From: Candidatus Latescibacterota bacterium
Lineage (GTDB): Bacteria; Latescibacterota; UBA2968; UBA8231
Assembly (NCBI GenBank): GCA_965215195.1
Contig: CBDCDC010000002.1
Location: 1,920,001 to 1,984,000 of the forward strand
Direction: 5' to 3'
DNA: 64,000 nt
In this document: positions 27,892 through 39,336 of the stretch, piece after piece
Numbering within the stretch: the first letter of the stretch is position 1
Layout: every line of letters starts with the position of its first letter
Translations under genes and position numbers: made by a program
Notes under the pieces: generated by a model
The model's input: only the letters and a program-made list of their open reading frames with translations
Told to the model about the DNA's origin: nothing
Databases searched by the model: none

Positions 27892-28914
27892 CTAGTATTC
27901 TTCCGCCAGCGGGTTGTCCGCGTTTTGGTCGATCTCAATGCCGGCGTACGGACTCAGGTCCATGCCCCAGCTAAGATTGTTTTTCTCGAGTATCTTCTGC
28001 AACTCGTCGAGCGATTTGCGGCCGAAGTTGCGATACTGGAGCATCTCGGCCTCCGTGCGCGACACCAAGTCCCTGAGATGGGTGATCCCCGCGGCTTTGA
28101 GGCAGTTGGCCGAGCGCACTGTCAACTCAATTTCTTCGACCGGCGTTTGCAAGAGCTGGGCGATTTTCTTGGCCTCCTCGTCAACTTCCTTTTCGTCCGC
28201 GCTTTCTGGCTCTTCTTTGAAGTTGATAAAAAGGCTCAGGTGTTCGGTCAGGATCCGGGCGGCTTGGGACATGGCATCCTCGGGATGCACTGAGCCATCG
28301 GTCCAGACTTCCATAATCAGCTTGTCGTAGTCGGTGCGCCGCCCGACGCGTGCGTTCTCGATCTCGTAGTGGACCTTGAGGATCGGCGAATAGTTCGCAT
28401 CGAGCGGAATAGCACCTATGGGCTGGGGCTGATCCGGAATTTTGTTCTCCTCGGCGAACTGGTAGCCGCGGCCGCGGCCGACCGTCAGTTCCATTTTCAG
28501 GGAAGCCCCTTTGTCCAAGGTGGCGATGTGTAGGTCGGGATTTATCACCTCGACGCTGGGGTCCACTTCTAGATCCTTGGCTACCAAGGCTCCTTCTGTC
28601 GTGCGTTCGACGCGCAAGACGCGATCCTCCTCGCCGCGATAGCGGATCGCCACTTCCTTGAAGTTGCGCACGATCTCCGGCACGTCCTCGCGCACTCCGG
28701 CAATCGTGGAAAACTCGTGATGCACACCTTCGATATTGACTTGCTTGATCGCGACTCCTTGGATAAAGGACAACAATACGCGGCGCAGCGCGTGCCCTAT
28801 AGAGACGCCAAAACCGCGCTCGAGCGGCTGGACAATAAACATGCCATACGTCTTGCTGAGGCTTTCTTTTTCGACCTCGGCCAGCCTCGGCATCTGGAGA
28901 CCTTCTAATTTCAT
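27892..28914 (-). CDS. rpoA: RNA polymerase alpha subunit
   Basis: [15 protein letters not shown], alpha-[19 protein letters not shown]. Confidence 0.98.
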   Translation of the reverse strand: MKLEGLQMPRLAEVEKESLSKTYGMFIVQPLERGFGVSIGHALRRVLLSFIQGVAIKQVNIEGVHHEFSTIAGVREDVPEIVRNFKEVAIRYRGEEDRVLRVERTTEGALVAKDLEVDPSVEVINPDLHIATLDKGASLKMELTVGRGRGYQFAEENKIPDQPQPIGAIPLDANYSPILKVHYEIENARVGRRTDYDKLIMEVWTDGSVHPEDAMSQAARILTEHLSLFINFKEEPESADEKEVDEEAKKIAQLLQTPVEEIELTVRSANCLKAAGITHLRDLVSRTEAEMLQYRNFGRKSLDELQKILEKNNLSWGMDLSPYAGIEIDQNADNPLAEEY

Positions 28915-28957
28915 ACTTTAGCCTCTTGCCCCTTGGTTGATTGGGCGGAGTAAAACT

Positions 28958-29584
28958 TCAGACGCGAGAATAAAACTCAATGACCAGTTGCTCTTCGGCG
29001 ACCGTGGGAATGTCTTCGCGGCCGGGGAGCTCTGCTACGGTTCCAGTCAAGTTGACCTTGTCTATGGCCAGCCAAGGCACGGTCTCCCGCGAGCGCCGCA
29101 GCGATTCGTGAATGGCCTCTAGCTGGCGACTGCGCTCGGCGACCTGCACCATATCGCCCATCCGGGTCAGATAGGAAGGGATATTGACCCGCTTGCCGTT
29201 TACCAAGATGTGGTTGTGGCGCACTAGCTGGCGCGCGGCCTTGCGCGATGGCGCAAACCCGAGCCGATAGACGATGTTGTCGAGGCGGTGCTCCAACAGG
29301 CGCAGCAGGTTTTCGCCGCTGACGCCCGGTACGCGCGACGCTTCCTTGTAGTAGCCCCTGAACTGGCCTTCGCGGATTCCGTAGAGCCGAGCTAATTTTT
29401 GCTTGGCCCGTAGCTGCACACTGTAGTCGGACTGCTTGCGCCGCAAGCCCTGGCCGTGTTGGCCCGGGGCATAACTGCGCCGCTCAAAGGAGCATTTTTC
29501 GAGGTTGCAACGCTCGCCCTTCAGGAAGAGTTTGGCCCCTTCCCGGCGGCAGAAGCGACAGTTGGGACCTGTATGCCTGCTCAT
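28958..29584 (-). CDS. rpsD: 30S ribosomal protein S4 (zinc-binding type)
   Basis: CRFCRREG...C...KC, PGQHG, LEHRLDNIVYRLGFA, IEFYSR. Confidence 0.98.
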   Translation of the reverse strand: MSRHTGPNCRFCRREGAKLFLKGERCNLEKCSFERRSYAPGQHGQGLRRKQSDYSVQLRAKQKLARLYGIREGQFRGYYKEASRVPGVSGENLLRLLEHRLDNIVYRLGFAPSRKAARQLVRHNHILVNGKRVNIPSYLTRMGDMVQVAERSRQLEAIHESLRRSRETVPWLAIDKVNLTGTVAELPGREDIPTVAEEQLVIEFYSRV

Positions 29585-29600
29585 AACGTGGTTAGCTCCT

Positions 29601-29993
29601 CTAAACGCGACGGCGCTTGGGCGGCCGACAACCGTTGTGCGGCATGGGCGTCACGTCGCGGATTGCGGAAATCTCGAGCCCGGCGTTTTGCAGCGCGCGG
29701 ATTGCGGACTCGCGCCCTACCCCCGGCCCCTTGACCCAGACCTCCACGCGGCGCAACCCCATATTCATGGCTTCTTGAGCGGCCCTCTCCGCGGCGAGCT
29801 GGCCGGCAAAGGGCGTAGATTTGCGACTGCCCTTGATCCCCGCCGCCTTGTGGGGCGTCGCCCAAGAAATGACATTGCCCCTAGTATCGGTAAGGGTGAT
29901 AATCGTGTTATTGAACGTGGCCAGAATGTGAGCCACGCCCACGGCCTCGACCTGTTTTGCTTTCTTGCGTCTCTTGCGTCTTTCGGGCGGCAA
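29601..29993 (-). CDS. rpsK: 30S ribosomal protein S11
   Basis: [40 protein letters not shown]. Confidence 0.98.
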   Translation of the reverse strand: MPPERRKRRKKAKQVEAVGVAHILATFNNTIITLTDTRGNVISWATPHKAAGIKGSRKSTPFAGQLAAERAAQEAMNMGLRRVEVWVKGPGVGRESAIRALQNAGLEISAIRDVTPMPHNGCRPPKRRRV

Positions 29994-30020
29994 AGGTCCA
30001 TCCTCTCTGTTTGGGTTGAT

Positions 30021-30401
30021 CTACTTGGCGGGGGCCTTTTTCTTGCCGGCAATGGCTCGTCGCGGCCCCTTGCGCGTACGGGCGTTGGTCTTAGTGCGCT
30101 GGCCGTTGGCCGGCAGCCCGCGGCGATGCCGCAAACCCCGATAGCAGCCAATGTCCATCAGCCGCTTGACATTCATGGTGGTTTCGCCGCGCAGGCTGCC
30201 TTCGACCTTGTGGCTGACCTCGATGATCGAGCGCAAACTGTTGACCTGGTCGTCGCTCAGCTCGCTGATGCGAGTCTGGGGGTCAATTCTCGCTTGGGAG
30301 GCGATGCGATGGGCCGTCGCGTGCCCAATGCCAAAGATATAGGTCAGTGCGATGGCGACTCGCTTGTCGCGGGGTAAATCTACACCTGCTATGCGCGCCA
30401 T
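30021..30401 (-). CDS. rpsM: 30S ribosomal protein S13
   Basis: [10 protein letters not shown]...[26 protein letters not shown]; start at 30401. Confidence 0.98.
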   Translation of the reverse strand: MARIAGVDLPRDKRVAIALTYIFGIGHATAHRIASQARIDPQTRISELSDDQVNSLRSIIEVSHKVEGSLRGETTMNVKRLMDIGCYRGLRHRRGLPANGQRTKTNARTRKGPRRAIAGKKKAPAK

Positions 30402-30412
30402 AGTGTTATTCC

Positions 30413-30529
30413 TCAGCCTTGTCTCTGCTTGTGGCGGGGATTGCGCTTGCATATCACGCGCACGACCCCGTTCCGACGGACGATCTTGCACTCGGTACAG
30501 CGCTTGCTGACGGAGGCTCTAACTTTCAC
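30413..30529 (-). CDS. rpmJ: 50S ribosomal protein L36 (zinc-binding type)
   Basis: Not in the ORF track. GTG start gives [38 protein letters not shown]. Confidence 0.97.
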   Translation of the reverse strand: MKVRASVSKRCTECKIVRRNGVVRVICKRNPRHKQRQG

Positions 30530-30580
30530 GGTACTCGCTCCCAATGAGGTGGTGGTCGCATCAAACAGGGCCTACGCTTT

Positions 30581-31924
30581 TTAGCCGCGGCGGCCTTGGA
30601 TCTTGCCCCGCTTCATAAAGCCCTCGTAGTGGCGAGTCATTAGCTGGGACTCTAACTGCTGCAAGGTGTCTAGCGCCACGCCGACGACGATCAACAGCCC
30701 GGTCCCGCCAAAAAATTGGGCAAACGAAGGGGCCACGTTGAATTGCCTTGTGACGAAGAAGGGAAAAATCGCCACCATCGCGAGGGCCATGGACCCCGGC
30801 AGGGTAATGCGCGTCATAATGCCGTCAATGTACTGGGCGGTCCGGGGGCCGGGGCGAACGCCCGGGATGAATCCCCCGTGCTTTTTCATGTTGTCGGCGA
30901 GCTGGTTGGGATCCATGACGATGGCCGTATAAAAATAAGTAAAGAAGATGATCATGAGCGCATAAACGAACCAATAAAACATGGATTCGGTTGAGAAAAA
31001 CGAACCAATCGCCAGCATAAACTCATGGCCGGGGAACATCTGCGTGATCGTACCGGGCAGAAACATGATCGACTGGGCAAATATGATCGGAATCACGCCC
31101 GCGGTGTTGATCCGCAGCGGAATGTGCGTGGTTTGGCCGCCGTACACCCGCCGCCCGACGACGCGCTTGGCGTACTGCACGGGAATTTTGCGCAGGCCCT
31201 GGGTCAGCAAGATCACAAAGGCCACTACGGCGAACATTAGCGCGACGAGGAAGATCTCTTCAATGATGTTCTTGCTAAAACCTCGGTTAATGATAAAGAG
31301 ATTGTACTCCTGATTGATCGCGTAGGGCAACTCGGCGATGATGCCAATGAAGATGATCAGGGAAATGCCGTTGCCAATGCCGCGCTCGGTGATCTGCTCA
31401 CCCAACCACATGATAAAGATCGTACCAGTGGTGATCGTCAGCATGGTCGCCAGCGTAAAGCCAAGGCCCGGTTCGGCGACTGCCGGCTGACCCGAGTACG
31501 GGGCCTTGATGCTGGTAATGAAAAAACTGACGCCGTAGGACTGAGCAGCCGCGAGAAAGACCGTGCCATAGCGCGTGTACTGGGTGATTTTCTTGCGCCC
31601 CTCTTCGCCTTCGCGCTGCAGTTTCTGGAAGTAGGGAATAACCGCGCCCAGCAATTGCAAAATAATCGAGGCACTGATGTAGGGCATGATGCCCAGCGCG
31701 AAAATTGTCCCACGGGTAAAGGCACCGCCCACAAACATATCGTACAGCCCAAAAAGGGTGTTGCCGGCGCTTTCAAAGTACTCTTTGAGTACGACCAACT
31801 CAACGCCGGGGACCGTGATCTGACCGCCGATGCGATAGACGACCAAAAGTCCGATGGTGAATAGAATCCGACGCCGTAAATCGGGAATTTTGAAGCAGTT
31901 TTGAAAACTCTGCACCAGTTGCAT
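30581..31924 (-). CDS. secY: Preprotein translocase SecY
   Basis: IFALGIMPYISASII, WLGEQITERGIGNGISL, FIPGVRPG, FGGTGLLIVVGV. Confidence 0.98.
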   Translation of the reverse strand: MQLVQSFQNCFKIPDLRRRILFTIGLLVVYRIGGQITVPGVELVVLKEYFESAGNTLFGLYDMFVGGAFTRGTIFALGIMPYISASIILQLLGAVIPYFQKLQREGEEGRKKITQYTRYGTVFLAAAQSYGVSFFITSIKAPYSGQPAVAEPGLGFTLATMLTITTGTIFIMWLGEQITERGIGNGISLIIFIGIIAELPYAINQEYNLFIINRGFSKNIIEEIFLVALMFAVVAFVILLTQGLRKIPVQYAKRVVGRRVYGGQTTHIPLRINTAGVIPIIFAQSIMFLPGTITQMFPGHEFMLAIGSFFSTESMFYWFVYALMIIFFTYFYTAIVMDPNQLADNMKKHGGFIPGVRPGPRTAQYIDGIMTRITLPGSMALAMVAIFPFFVTRQFNVAPSFAQFFGGTGLLIVVGVALDTLQQLESQLMTRHYEGFMKRGKIQGRRG

Positions 31925-32373
31925 CAAATCACCTCGGCCTGGCCGCCCGCTTTGGCGATTTTCTCTGCTGCCGCAGCGGAAAATTTGTGCGCCTTGACCG
32001 TCAGGGGCTGACTCAGTTCCCCTTCGCCTAGGACCTTCAACAGTCCCGATGGCTTGGCGATCAAGCCGGCAGCAGCCATTTCCTCTGGCCCGACTTCCCC
32101 GCTGAATCCCCGCTCTTCGAGATCCCGCAGATTGACGACCTGATAGCTCGTTTTGAATTTGTGGTTGGAAAAACCCACCTTGGGAATGTGGCGGAACAGC
32201 GGTAGCGTACCGCCGGTGAACCCGACGCGGTTGCCGCGCCTAGCACCGGACCTAGCTCGCTGGCCTTTGTGACCTTTGCCCGCAGTCTTGCCCGTCCCCG
32301 AACCCGGCCCTTGTCCCAACCGCTTGCGGTTCCGCTTAGACCCTGGAGGGCATTTTATGTTTTCTAGACGCAT
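31924..32373 (-). CDS. rplO: 50S ribosomal protein L15
   Basis: GSGTGKTAGKGHKGQRARSG. Confidence 0.97.
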   Translation of the reverse strand: MRLENIKCPPGSKRNRKRLGQGPGSGTGKTAGKGHKGQRARSGARRGNRVGFTGGTLPLFRHIPKVGFSNHKFKTSYQVVNLRDLEERGFSGEVGPEEMAAAGLIAKPSGLLKVLGEGELSQPLTVKAHKFSAAAAEKIAKAGGQAEVI

Positions 32374-32386
32374 GGCACGCTCTCGC

Positions 32387-32569
32387 TTACCCTTCTACTT
32401 CCTCAACGGCGACCAGATGCTTGACTTTGGCGATCATACCCCGGATCTGGGGCGTGTCGTCGTGTACGACCTGTTGATATAGGCACTTGATGCCCAAAGC
32501 CGCGATCGTTGCCTTTTGACCTTTGGCGCGGCCAATGGCACTGCGCCGCTGCGTAATGACCAGTTTCAT
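32387..32569 (-). CDS. rpmD: 50S ribosomal protein L30
   Basis: ITQRRSAIGR...DTPQIRGMIAKVKHLV. Confidence 0.97.
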   Translation of the reverse strand: MKLVITQRRSAIGRAKGQKATIAALGIKCLYQQVVHDDTPQIRGMIAKVKHLVAVEEVEG

Positions 32570-32575
32570 TGGCTG

Positions 32576-33109
32576 TCAATCCCAAGCGCGGAGCGATTCC
32601 ACCGGCACCCCGCGCTCCCGCGCAATCATCTCGGCACTGCGTAGTTGCGTCAGTGCTTTGACGGTCGCCTTCACTGAATTCTGCACATTGTTGGATCCGA
32701 GAGATTTGGTCAGAATATCGTGGACGCCGGCCAGCTCTAGCACGATGCGGGTGCCGCCGCTGGCGATGATTCCGGTTCCCGGGGTAGCCGGCTTAAAAAG
32801 GACCTTGGCCGCGCCGAAGGCCCCGACGATCTCGTGCGGTATGGTCCCGTCGGTCACCGGGACCTCGACGACGTTCTTTTTGGCCGCCTCGGCACCCTTG
32901 CGGATGGCTTCGGCGATCTCGCCAGCCTTGCCAGCGCCAAACCCCACGCGGCCATTGCGGTCGCCAACTACGACCATCGCACTGAAGCTGAAGCGCCGAC
33001 CGCCCTTGCGCACATGCGAAACGCGCTTGATGCTATTTTGGACGACAACTTCGCTCAACTCTGCACCGCTAGAATCGGATTTCGCTCTGCTAGTATCTGC
33101 TTTCGCCAC
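32576..33109 (-). CDS. rpsE: 30S ribosomal protein S5
   Basis: [34 protein letters not shown]. Confidence 0.97.
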   Translation of the reverse strand: MAKADTSRAKSDSSGAELSEVVVQNSIKRVSHVRKGGRRFSFSAMVVVGDRNGRVGFGAGKAGEIAEAIRKGAEAAKKNVVEVPVTDGTIPHEIVGAFGAAKVLFKPATPGTGIIASGGTRIVLELAGVHDILTKSLGSNNVQNSVKATVKALTQLRSAEMIARERGVPVESLRAWD

Positions 33110-33120
33110 GCCGTTCTCCC

Positions 33121-33495
33121 TTAGAAATTCAAGCCGGCTTCCCGCGCCCCGTCGGCCACGGCTTTGACCACCCCGTGATAGAGAAAGCCGCCGCGGTCAA
33201 AGACGACCTGCTCAATGCCCTTTTCGCGCGCCTTAGCGGCGACCATTTTGCCGACCTCGTGCCCTTGCGCCACGCGACTGCCAAACTGCCGTTCCCTCAG
33301 CTCCCGCGACTGAGTGGAAAGCCCTAAAAGGGAATGACCCGCCACGTCGTCGACTAGCTGCACCTCAATGTGGCGCAGGGAACGATGCACTACCATGCGC
33401 GGGCGCACGGGCGTACCGGAGACGATCTTGCGCAGCCGGTGCCGGCGCCGCTGCCGGCGCTGGCGGTTTTCGACCAAGTGTTTTTTGTCTTTCAT
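33121..33495 (-). CDS. rplR: 50S ribosomal protein L18
   Basis: [21 protein letters not shown]. Confidence 0.97.
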   Translation of the reverse strand: MKDKKHLVENRQRRQRRRHRLRKIVSGTPVRPRMVVHRSLRHIEVQLVDDVAGHSLLGLSTQSRELRERQFGSRVAQGHEVGKMVAAKAREKGIEQVVFDRGGFLYHGVVKAVADGAREAGLNF

Positions 33496-34052
33496 TAGCC
33501 TACTGCCGCCTTGCCCTGTTTCCAGTGAATAGTCTCGTTCTCATAGCGGATCCCCTTGCCCTTGTAGGGCTCTGGGCGGCGCTTGAAGCGAATATCGGCA
33601 GCCACTTGGCCCACGAGTTGCTTGTCGATGCCCCTGACGACGATGCGGGCTTGTGCCCCGCCAGTGCCGGCGGCCACCTCGACTTGGATATCCTCGGGCA
33701 CCTCGTAGATCACTGGATGCGAATAGCCTACGTGAAGCACGAGTTGTCTGCCTTGGACCTCGGCCCGATACCCTACGCCGAACAGGTCCAAGTTCTTGAA
33801 AAAACCCTTGGCGACCCCCTCAACCGCATTGGCGATCAAGGTGCGAGTCAATCCGTGTAGAGAGCGAGCTTGTTTGCTCTCGCCTTTGCGCGTCACAGTT
33901 AAAGCACTATCCTGCTGAACCACTGCGAGGTGCTCGGCGACAAACGGCACCTTTAACTGGCCCTTTGGCCCTTTTACGGAGACCACGGCAGGCGCCAGCG
34001 CGACTTCGACGCCCTGAGGTAGGGGAAGGGATTTGCTGCCTATGCGCGACAA
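33495..34052 (-). CDS. rplF: 50S ribosomal protein L6
   Basis: MSRIG, GVGYRA, PEPYKGKGIRY. Confidence 0.97.
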   Translation of the reverse strand: MSRIGSKSLPLPQGVEVALAPAVVSVKGPKGQLKVPFVAEHLAVVQQDSALTVTRKGESKQARSLHGLTRTLIANAVEGVAKGFFKNLDLFGVGYRAEVQGRQLVLHVGYSHPVIYEVPEDIQVEVAAGTGGAQARIVVRGIDKQLVGQVAADIRFKRRPEPYKGKGIRYENETIHWKQGKAAVG

Positions 34053-34077
34053 TCTAACATTCTCCCGGTGGCTTCAC

Positions 34078-34476
34078 TTACCAAACGCTACAGAGGATCT
34101 CACCGCCTACGCCGTTCATCCTCGCTTCTTTATCCGTCATCACGCCCTTAGAGGTGGAGACGATGGCGATGCCCAGCCCGCGGAGCACGCGCGGGATATC
34201 GGCTTTGCCCGCATATTGGCGCAACCCGGGCTTGCTGACGCGCTCTAGCCCGCGGATGATGCTATTGTCGTGCTGATCGTAGCGCAGATAGAGCCGCAAA
34301 ATGCCCTGCTTGTCGTCTTCGATAAAGGCGAAGTTGTCGATAAAACGAGACTCGGCCAATACGCGGGCCACTTCTCGCTTCAGCCTAGAAGCAGGCACGT
34401 CAACCTTCGAGTGCTTGGCACTGCAGGCGTTGCGAATGCGGGTCAACATGTCCGCTATGGGATCCGTCATGCTCAT
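34078..34476 (-). CDS. rpsH: 30S ribosomal protein S8
   Basis: DPIADMLTRIRNA, SKPGLR, STSKGVMT. Confidence 0.98.
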   Translation of the reverse strand: MSMTDPIADMLTRIRNACSAKHSKVDVPASRLKREVARVLAESRFIDNFAFIEDDKQGILRLYLRYDQHDNSIIRGLERVSKPGLRQYAGKADIPRVLRGLGIAIVSTSKGVMTDKEARMNGVGGEILCSVW

Positions 34477-34494
34477 ATTGATTTCTCCAGCTCG

Positions 34495-34680
34495 CTACCA
34501 ACTCGCCTTGCTAACGCCCGGAATCTCGCCCTTGAGGGCCAATTCGCGAAAACAGATACGGCACAGGCCGAACTTGCGATATACTGCCCGCGGGCGTCCA
34601 CAGCGGTGGCAACGAGTATAGGCTCGCGTGGAAAACTTGGGTTTGCGCTGCGCTTTGGCTATCAGGCATTTCTTTGGCAT
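34495..34680 (-). CDS. rpsN: 30S ribosomal protein S14 (type Z)
   Basis: 61 aa, RCHRCGRPR...LCRICFRE. Confidence 0.97.
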   Translation of the reverse strand: MPKKCLIAKAQRKPKFSTRAYTRCHRCGRPRAVYRKFGLCRICFRELALKGEIPGVSKASW

Positions 34681-34699
34681 TAGCAGGTTTTCTCCAGCT

Positions 34700-35245
34700 C
34701 TATTGACTAAAGGGCATGCCCAGCAATCGGAGCAACTCTTGGCCTTCCTCGTCGCTTTTGGCCGAGGTGACGATGGTGATATTCATGCCCCGGACTTGGT
34801 CGATCATATCGTAGTTGATCTCGGGAAATATGATCTGTTCCTTGATGCCCAGATTGTAGTTGCCGCGGCCGTCGAAGCTCCGCGGAGAAACTCCGCGGAA
34901 ATCTCGGACCTGCGGCAAGGCGAAACTGATCAAGCGGTCGAGAAACTCGTACATGCGGGTGCCCCGCAAGGTGACCATGCAGCCGATGGGAATGCCGACG
35001 CGCAATTTGAAGTTTGAGACCGCCTTTTTGGCGTGGCGGATGGCGGGCTTTTGGCCGGTGATCGCCGTCAATTCGGATACAGCGCCTTCGAGCATCTTGG
35101 GCTCCTGCACCGCTTCGCCGACACCCATGTTGACGACGACCTTCTGTACGCGCGGCACCTGCATGTCGTTCTTAAAGGCGAAGCGGTCCTTGAGCTGAGG
35201 CAGCACCTCTTCTCTGTACTGTTTTTTTAGTCTGGCTTCGTACAT
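34700..35245 (-). CDS. rplE: 50S ribosomal protein L5
   Basis: [30 protein letters not shown]. Confidence 0.98.
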   Translation of the reverse strand: MYEARLKKQYREEVLPQLKDRFAFKNDMQVPRVQKVVVNMGVGEAVQEPKMLEGAVSELTAITGQKPAIRHAKKAVSNFKLRVGIPIGCMVTLRGTRMYEFLDRLISFALPQVRDFRGVSPRSFDGRGNYNLGIKEQIIFPEINYDMIDQVRGMNITIVTSAKSDEEGQELLRLLGMPFSQ

Positions 35246-35248
35246 GGC

Positions 35249-35566
35249 TTATTCTGGGTCGATCATTTCGCCGCTGCGAACAGAGACGCGCACGCATTTG
35301 CCGTTGTCCAGCTTCTTGTGGCCGATGCGCGTCGGTTGGTCGGTCTTGGGGCAGACGATCATGACATTGGAAACGTGAATGGGGGCCTCGCGCTCAACGA
35401 TACCCCCTTGGGGATCGCGCGATGTGGGACGGGTGTGGTGCTTGCGCATATTCACGCCTTCAACGATGACCCGTCCCCGATCCTTGAACACGCTGAGCAC
35501 CTTCGAGCGCCGCCCTTTGTCGTTGCCGCTTATGACCTGTATTACATCGTCTTTGCGAATGTCCAT
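35249..35566 (-). CDS. rplX: 50S ribosomal protein L24
   Basis: VISGNDKG, VIVEGVN, EAPIHVSNV. Confidence 0.97.
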   Translation of the reverse strand: MDIRKDDVIQVISGNDKGRRSKVLSVFKDRGRVIVEGVNMRKHHTRPTSRDPQGGIVEREAPIHVSNVMIVCPKTDQPTRIGHKKLDNGKCVRVSVRSGEMIDPE

Positions 35567-35577
35567 TGCGCTCTTCC

Positions 35578-35946
35578 TCAGACTACCTCAGGGGCTAGCG
35601 AGACAATGCGCATGTATTGCTTTTCGCGCAGCTCGCGGGCCACAGGCCCGAATATGCGAGTACCTGTTGGCTCCTTGTCGTCGTTGACCAATACGGCGGC
35701 ATTGTCGTCAAAGCGGATATAGGATCCATCGGGACGGCGATATTCCTTCTTGGTCCGCACGACTACGGCCTTGACGACTTGCCCTTCTTCTAAAGGCCCG
35801 TTCGGCGCTACGCCATGGACAGCGACTACGATCAGGTCGCCAATGCTGGCATAGCGCTTGCGGGAGCCGCCGAGTACGCGGATGCAGCGGCCTGTGCGGG
35901 CCCCGGCGTTATCTGCCATTTTGACTACGCTATATTCCCGAATCAT
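35578..35946 (-). CDS. rplN: 50S ribosomal protein L14
   Basis: [33 protein letters not shown]. Confidence 0.98.
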   Translation of the reverse strand: MIREYSVVKMADNAGARTGRCIRVLGGSRKRYASIGDLIVVAVHGVAPNGPLEEGQVVKAVVVRTKKEYRRPDGSYIRFDDNAAVLVNDDKEPTGTRIFGPVARELREKQYMRIVSLAPEVV

Positions 35947-35973
35947 TTTGTTTTTACAAGTCTAAATTTTGAT

Positions 35974-36231
35974 TTACTGCCGCTCTAATACATCGACGAG
36001 CCGCCAACGCTTGGTCTTGCTCAGGGGGCGGCACTCCTCAATGCGCACTAGATCGCCAACCTGCGACTCTTCGCGCTCGTCGTGAGCGACGAACTTGGCG
36101 GTGCGGCGGATGATCCGTCCGTACAGGGCATGCGGAATGCGTTGTTCAACCGCCACGATGCGCGTCTTGACGTTGCTGGCCTTGAGCACTCGGCCTTCGG
36201 CCTGACGCCGGCCTCTCTTTTGTTTAGCCAT
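35974..36231 (-). CDS. rpsQ: 30S ribosomal protein S17
   Basis: HALYGR...AHDE...[18 protein letters not shown]; start MAKQ at 36231. Confidence 0.96.
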   Translation of the reverse strand: MAKQKRGRRQAEGRVLKASNVKTRIVAVEQRIPHALYGRIIRRTAKFVAHDEREESQVGDLVRIEECRPLSKTKRWRLVDVLERQ

Positions 36232-36238
36232 TTCCCAC

Positions 36239-36454
36239 CTACTTCCCACCGGCCAAGGGGCGAATCCCGAGGGTGTGCTCTTTGAGCACGGTGTGCGCTT
36301 TGGCAATATCGCGCCGCACCTGCCGCAAGCGAATGGGGCTAGTCAACTGGCCGGCTACGTGCTGAAAACGCAGGTTGAAGAACTCCTCGTGCAGTTCTTC
36401 CAACCTGTTTTGCACTTCCTCTGAGCTCATCTCGCGCAATTCGCTGACCTTCAT
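36239..36454 (-). CDS. rpmC: 50S ribosomal protein L29
   Basis: MKVSELRE...FNLRFQ...VRRDIA. Confidence 0.96.
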   Translation of the reverse strand: MKVSELREMSSEEVQNRLEELHEEFFNLRFQHVAGQLTSPIRLRQVRRDIAKAHTVLKEHTLGIRPLAGGK

Positions 36455-36458
36455 AACC

Positions 36459-36869
36459 TCATGCAACCCGTTTGACGACCTTGGTCTTGATGGGCAGTTT
36501 GTGGCCAGCGCGGCGGAATGCCTCGCGGGCCATGTCTTCGGGCACCCCGGAAAGCTCGAACATCACCCGCCCGGGTTTGACGACTGCAACCCATCCCTCG
36601 GGCGACCCCTTGCCTTTGCCCATGCGAGTTTCGGCCGGTTTCTTGGTGATCGGTTTGTCGGGAAAAATGCGAATCCACATCTTGCCCGTGCGGCTCATCG
36701 CCCGACTAATCGTCACGCGCATGGCCTCGATCTGGCGGCTGGTGACCCAACAAGGCTCGAGGGCTTTGAGGCCGTATTCGCCAAAGGAGACCATGTCCCC
36801 GCCTTTGGTCTGGCCGCGCATGCGGCCCCGCGCCTGCTTCCTCCACTTGGACTTCTTGGGCATCAACAT
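36459..36869 (-). CDS. rplP: 50S ribosomal protein L16
   Basis: [24 protein letters not shown]. Confidence 0.98.
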   Translation of the reverse strand: MLMPKKSKWRKQARGRMRGQTKGGDMVSFGEYGLKALEPCWVTSRQIEAMRVTISRAMSRTGKMWIRIFPDKPITKKPAETRMGKGKGSPEGWVAVVKPGRVMFELSGVPEDMAREAFRRAGHKLPIKTKVVKRVA

Positions 36870-36887
36870 GAGAGTGCCTCGCTGTAA

Positions 36888-37541
36888 TTAGACCGCTCGA
36901 GCGGCCCCTTCTTCGGCCATGACTTCGCCGTGGCAAATCCAAACCTTTACGCCCACAGTCCCCGATACGGTGTAGGCCGTCGCCATGGCGTAGTCGATAT
37001 CGGCGCGCAGCGTGTGCAAGGGGACCCGACCAGCTGGCTCGGAACGCTCGCGCCGCCCCATCTCCAAACCACCGATGCGCCCAGAACAGACGATGCGGAT
37101 GCCCTCGGCCCCCATGCGCATTGACGAAGCTACGGATTTCTTCATGGCCCGGCGGAAAGAGACGCGCTGCTCTAGCTGGCGGGCGAGATTGTCGGCCACT
37201 AGCTGGGCGTCCAGTTCGGGCTTCTTGATCTCTTGGATATTGAGCGAGACATCCTTGCTGGTCAGTGCCTTGAGCTCGTCGCGAATTTTATCGACTTCGG
37301 CCCCGCGGCGACCAATGGCAATACCAGGTCGAGCCGTATGCACTTCAACGGTAACCCGCTTGGGCTGGCGCTCAATATTGATCTGGGACACGCCAGCTCT
37401 CTGTAGGCGCTGGCGCACGTAGCGCCGCAGCATGAGGTCTTCCTTGAGCAACTCGGAAAAGTCCTTTTCGGCGAACCAATTTGAACGCCAAGGCTTGATG
37501 ACCCCGAGACGAAAGCCGTATGGATGTGTTTTCTGGCCCAA
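36888..37541 (-). CDS. rpsC: 30S ribosomal protein S3
   Basis: [27 protein letters not shown]. Confidence 0.98.
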   Translation of the reverse strand: MGQKTHPYGFRLGVIKPWRSNWFAEKDFSELLKEDLMLRRYVRQRLQRAGVSQINIERQPKRVTVEVHTARPGIAIGRRGAEVDKIRDELKALTSKDVSLNIQEIKKPELDAQLVADNLARQLEQRVSFRRAMKKSVASSMRMGAEGIRIVCSGRIGGLEMGRRERSEPAGRVPLHTLRADIDYAMATAYTVSGTVGVKVWICHGEVMAEEGAARAV

Positions 37542-37551
37542 AGTGTCCCCC

Positions 37552-37905
37552 TTAGTTGACCTCGTCGCTGACGACGACCGTGAGATTGCAGTGGCGCTTG
37601 CGAATGCGATCGGCCGAGCCGCGAGCCCGCGGACGAATGCGCTTGAGATCGCGTCCTTCGTCGGCGAAGACGCAAGTTACATAGAGATCATCGGCGTCGA
37701 CCGGATTTTCTTCATCCTGGTTGATCCCATTGGATATGGCCGAACGCAGGGTTTTTTCGACCAGCTTGGCTACTGGGCGAGGCGAAAACCGAAGAATGGT
37801 AAGGGCCTCGGCGACCGGCTTACCGCGAATCAGGTCAATGAGCTGGCGCACTTTAGTAGTCGGTACGCCGATTTGTTTGAGGACAGCCCTCGCTTCCATG
37901 CTCAT
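37552..37905 (-). CDS. rplV: 50S ribosomal protein L22
   Basis: [22 protein letters not shown]; start at 37905 or 37899. Confidence 0.96.
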   Translation of the reverse strand: MSMEARAVLKQIGVPTTKVRQLIDLIRGKPVAEALTILRFSPRPVAKLVEKTLRSAISNGINQDEENPVDADDLYVTCVFADEGRDLKRIRPRARGSADRIRKRHCNLTVVVSDEVN

Positions 37906-38189
37906 TGTACTCTCGTGCCGCGCTCGGTCAACCGCCCCCTGTGGCCGCGGAAAGTGCGGGTCGGGGCGAATTCGCCGAGCTTGTGCCCAACCATGTTCTC
38001 TGTGATGTACACCGGAATGAACTTGTTGCCGTTGTAAACGGCCAGCGTATGGCCGACGAAGTCGGGCGTAATGGTTGAGCGCCGCGACCAAGTCCGCACG
38101 ACCTGCTTGTCGCCCGTGCGATTGAGGTGCTCGATTTTTTTTGCTAAATGCCCGTCAATAAAAGGGCCTTTTTTGATCGATCTTGCCAT
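37902..38189 (-). CDS. rpsS: 30S ribosomal protein S19
   Basis: [31 protein letters not shown]. Confidence 0.98.
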   Translation of the reverse strand: MARSIKKGPFIDGHLAKKIEHLNRTGDKQVVRTWSRRSTITPDFVGHTLAVYNGNKFIPVYITENMVGHKLGEFAPTRTFRGHRGRLTERGTRVQ

Positions 38190-38198
38190 AGTCCCTCG

Positions 38199-39032
38199 CT
38201 ACTTCGCGTTGCGCCGGCGTATGATCCACTGATTGCTTTGGTTTTTGCGTTTGCGCGTCTTGTACCCTTTGGTGGGCTTGCCCCAAGGGGTGACCGGGTG
38301 CCGTCCACCTGAAGATCGGCCTTCACCCCCCCCATGTGGGTGGTCAACCGGATTCATAACTACGCCCCGCACCTTGGGTCTGCGCCCCAACCAACGGGAG
38401 CGACCAGCCTTGCCAATGACGATATTGGCGTGTTCTACATTGCCCACCTGCCCCAAGGTCGCCATGCACTGGACGGGTACTTCGCGATTTTCCCCGGAAG
38501 GCAGGCGCAGCTGCGCCCGCCCGCCATCGCGGCCGAGAAGCTGCACTTCAGCACCCGCGCTGCGCGCTAGCTGCCCGCCGCGGCCGGGATTGAGCTCGAC
38601 ATTGTGAACCGTTGCTCCCAAGGGAATATTGGCCAACGGCAGGGCATTGCCGACCTCGATTGGGGCATTGGGCCCGGCGGTGACCTCGGCCCCGACCTTC
38701 AGGCCCAAAGGCGCGAGAATATAGCGCTTATCTCCGTCGGCATAGACGACAAGGGCAATAAATGCCGAGCGATTGGGATCGTATTCGATCGCGGCGACCC
38801 GACCCGGTACAGCGAGCTTGGTCCGCTTGAAGTCGATGACGCGATAGCGCCTCTTGTGCCCTCCCCCGCGCCGACGCATGGTCAGGCGACCCTGATTGTT
38901 GCGCCCTCCCGACTTGCCAACGGCAGCAGCGAGCAAGGACTTCTCGGGCTTGCTGCGCGTTAGCTCCGCAAAGGAGTTGACCGTCTTGTAGCGCAGCGTC
39001 GGGGTTGTGGGGCGAAATTTCTTGACTGCCAT
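38199..39032 (-). CDS. rplB: 50S ribosomal protein L2
   Basis: [27 protein letters not shown]. Confidence 0.98.
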   Translation of the reverse strand: MAVKKFRPTTPTLRYKTVNSFAELTRSKPEKSLLAAAVGKSGGRNNQGRLTMRRRGGGHKRRYRVIDFKRTKLAVPGRVAAIEYDPNRSAFIALVVYADGDKRYILAPLGLKVGAEVTAGPNAPIEVGNALPLANIPLGATVHNVELNPGRGGQLARSAGAEVQLLGRDGGRAQLRLPSGENREVPVQCMATLGQVGNVEHANIVIGKAGRSRWLGRRPKVRGVVMNPVDHPHGGGEGRSSGGRHPVTPWGKPTKGYKTRKRKNQSNQWIIRRRNAK

Positions 39033-39048
39033 CTCGAGACCAACTTAG

Positions 39049-39333
39049 CTAGATATTTTCTGCAAATTCAATAGAGTCGCCGGCCCGGAGGGTCACGTAG
39101 GCCTTTTTCCAACCGGCACGCTGCCCTAAGTACATCCCTTGCCGCTTGGGCTTGCTGGGAACCTTGACGGTACGGACGGATTCGACCTTGACCGAAAAAA
39201 CGGATTCTACTGCCTGGCGGATCTGGATCTTGTTGGCCTTGGGATGGACGCGAAAGGCGTATTTGTTGCCCTCGCGCAACATGGAGGCTTTTTCGGTGAT
39301 CACCGGCTTCTGAATAATCGCTCGCGGGTTCAT
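39049..39333 (-). CDS. rplW: 50S ribosomal protein L23
   Basis: PVITEKA, ANKIQIRQAVE, WKKAYVTL. Confidence 0.97.
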   Translation of the reverse strand: MNPRAIIQKPVITEKASMLREGNKYAFRVHPKANKIQIRQAVESVFSVKVESVRTVKVPSKPKRQGMYLGQRAGWKKAYVTLRAGDSIEFAENI

Positions 39334-39336
39334 TTC

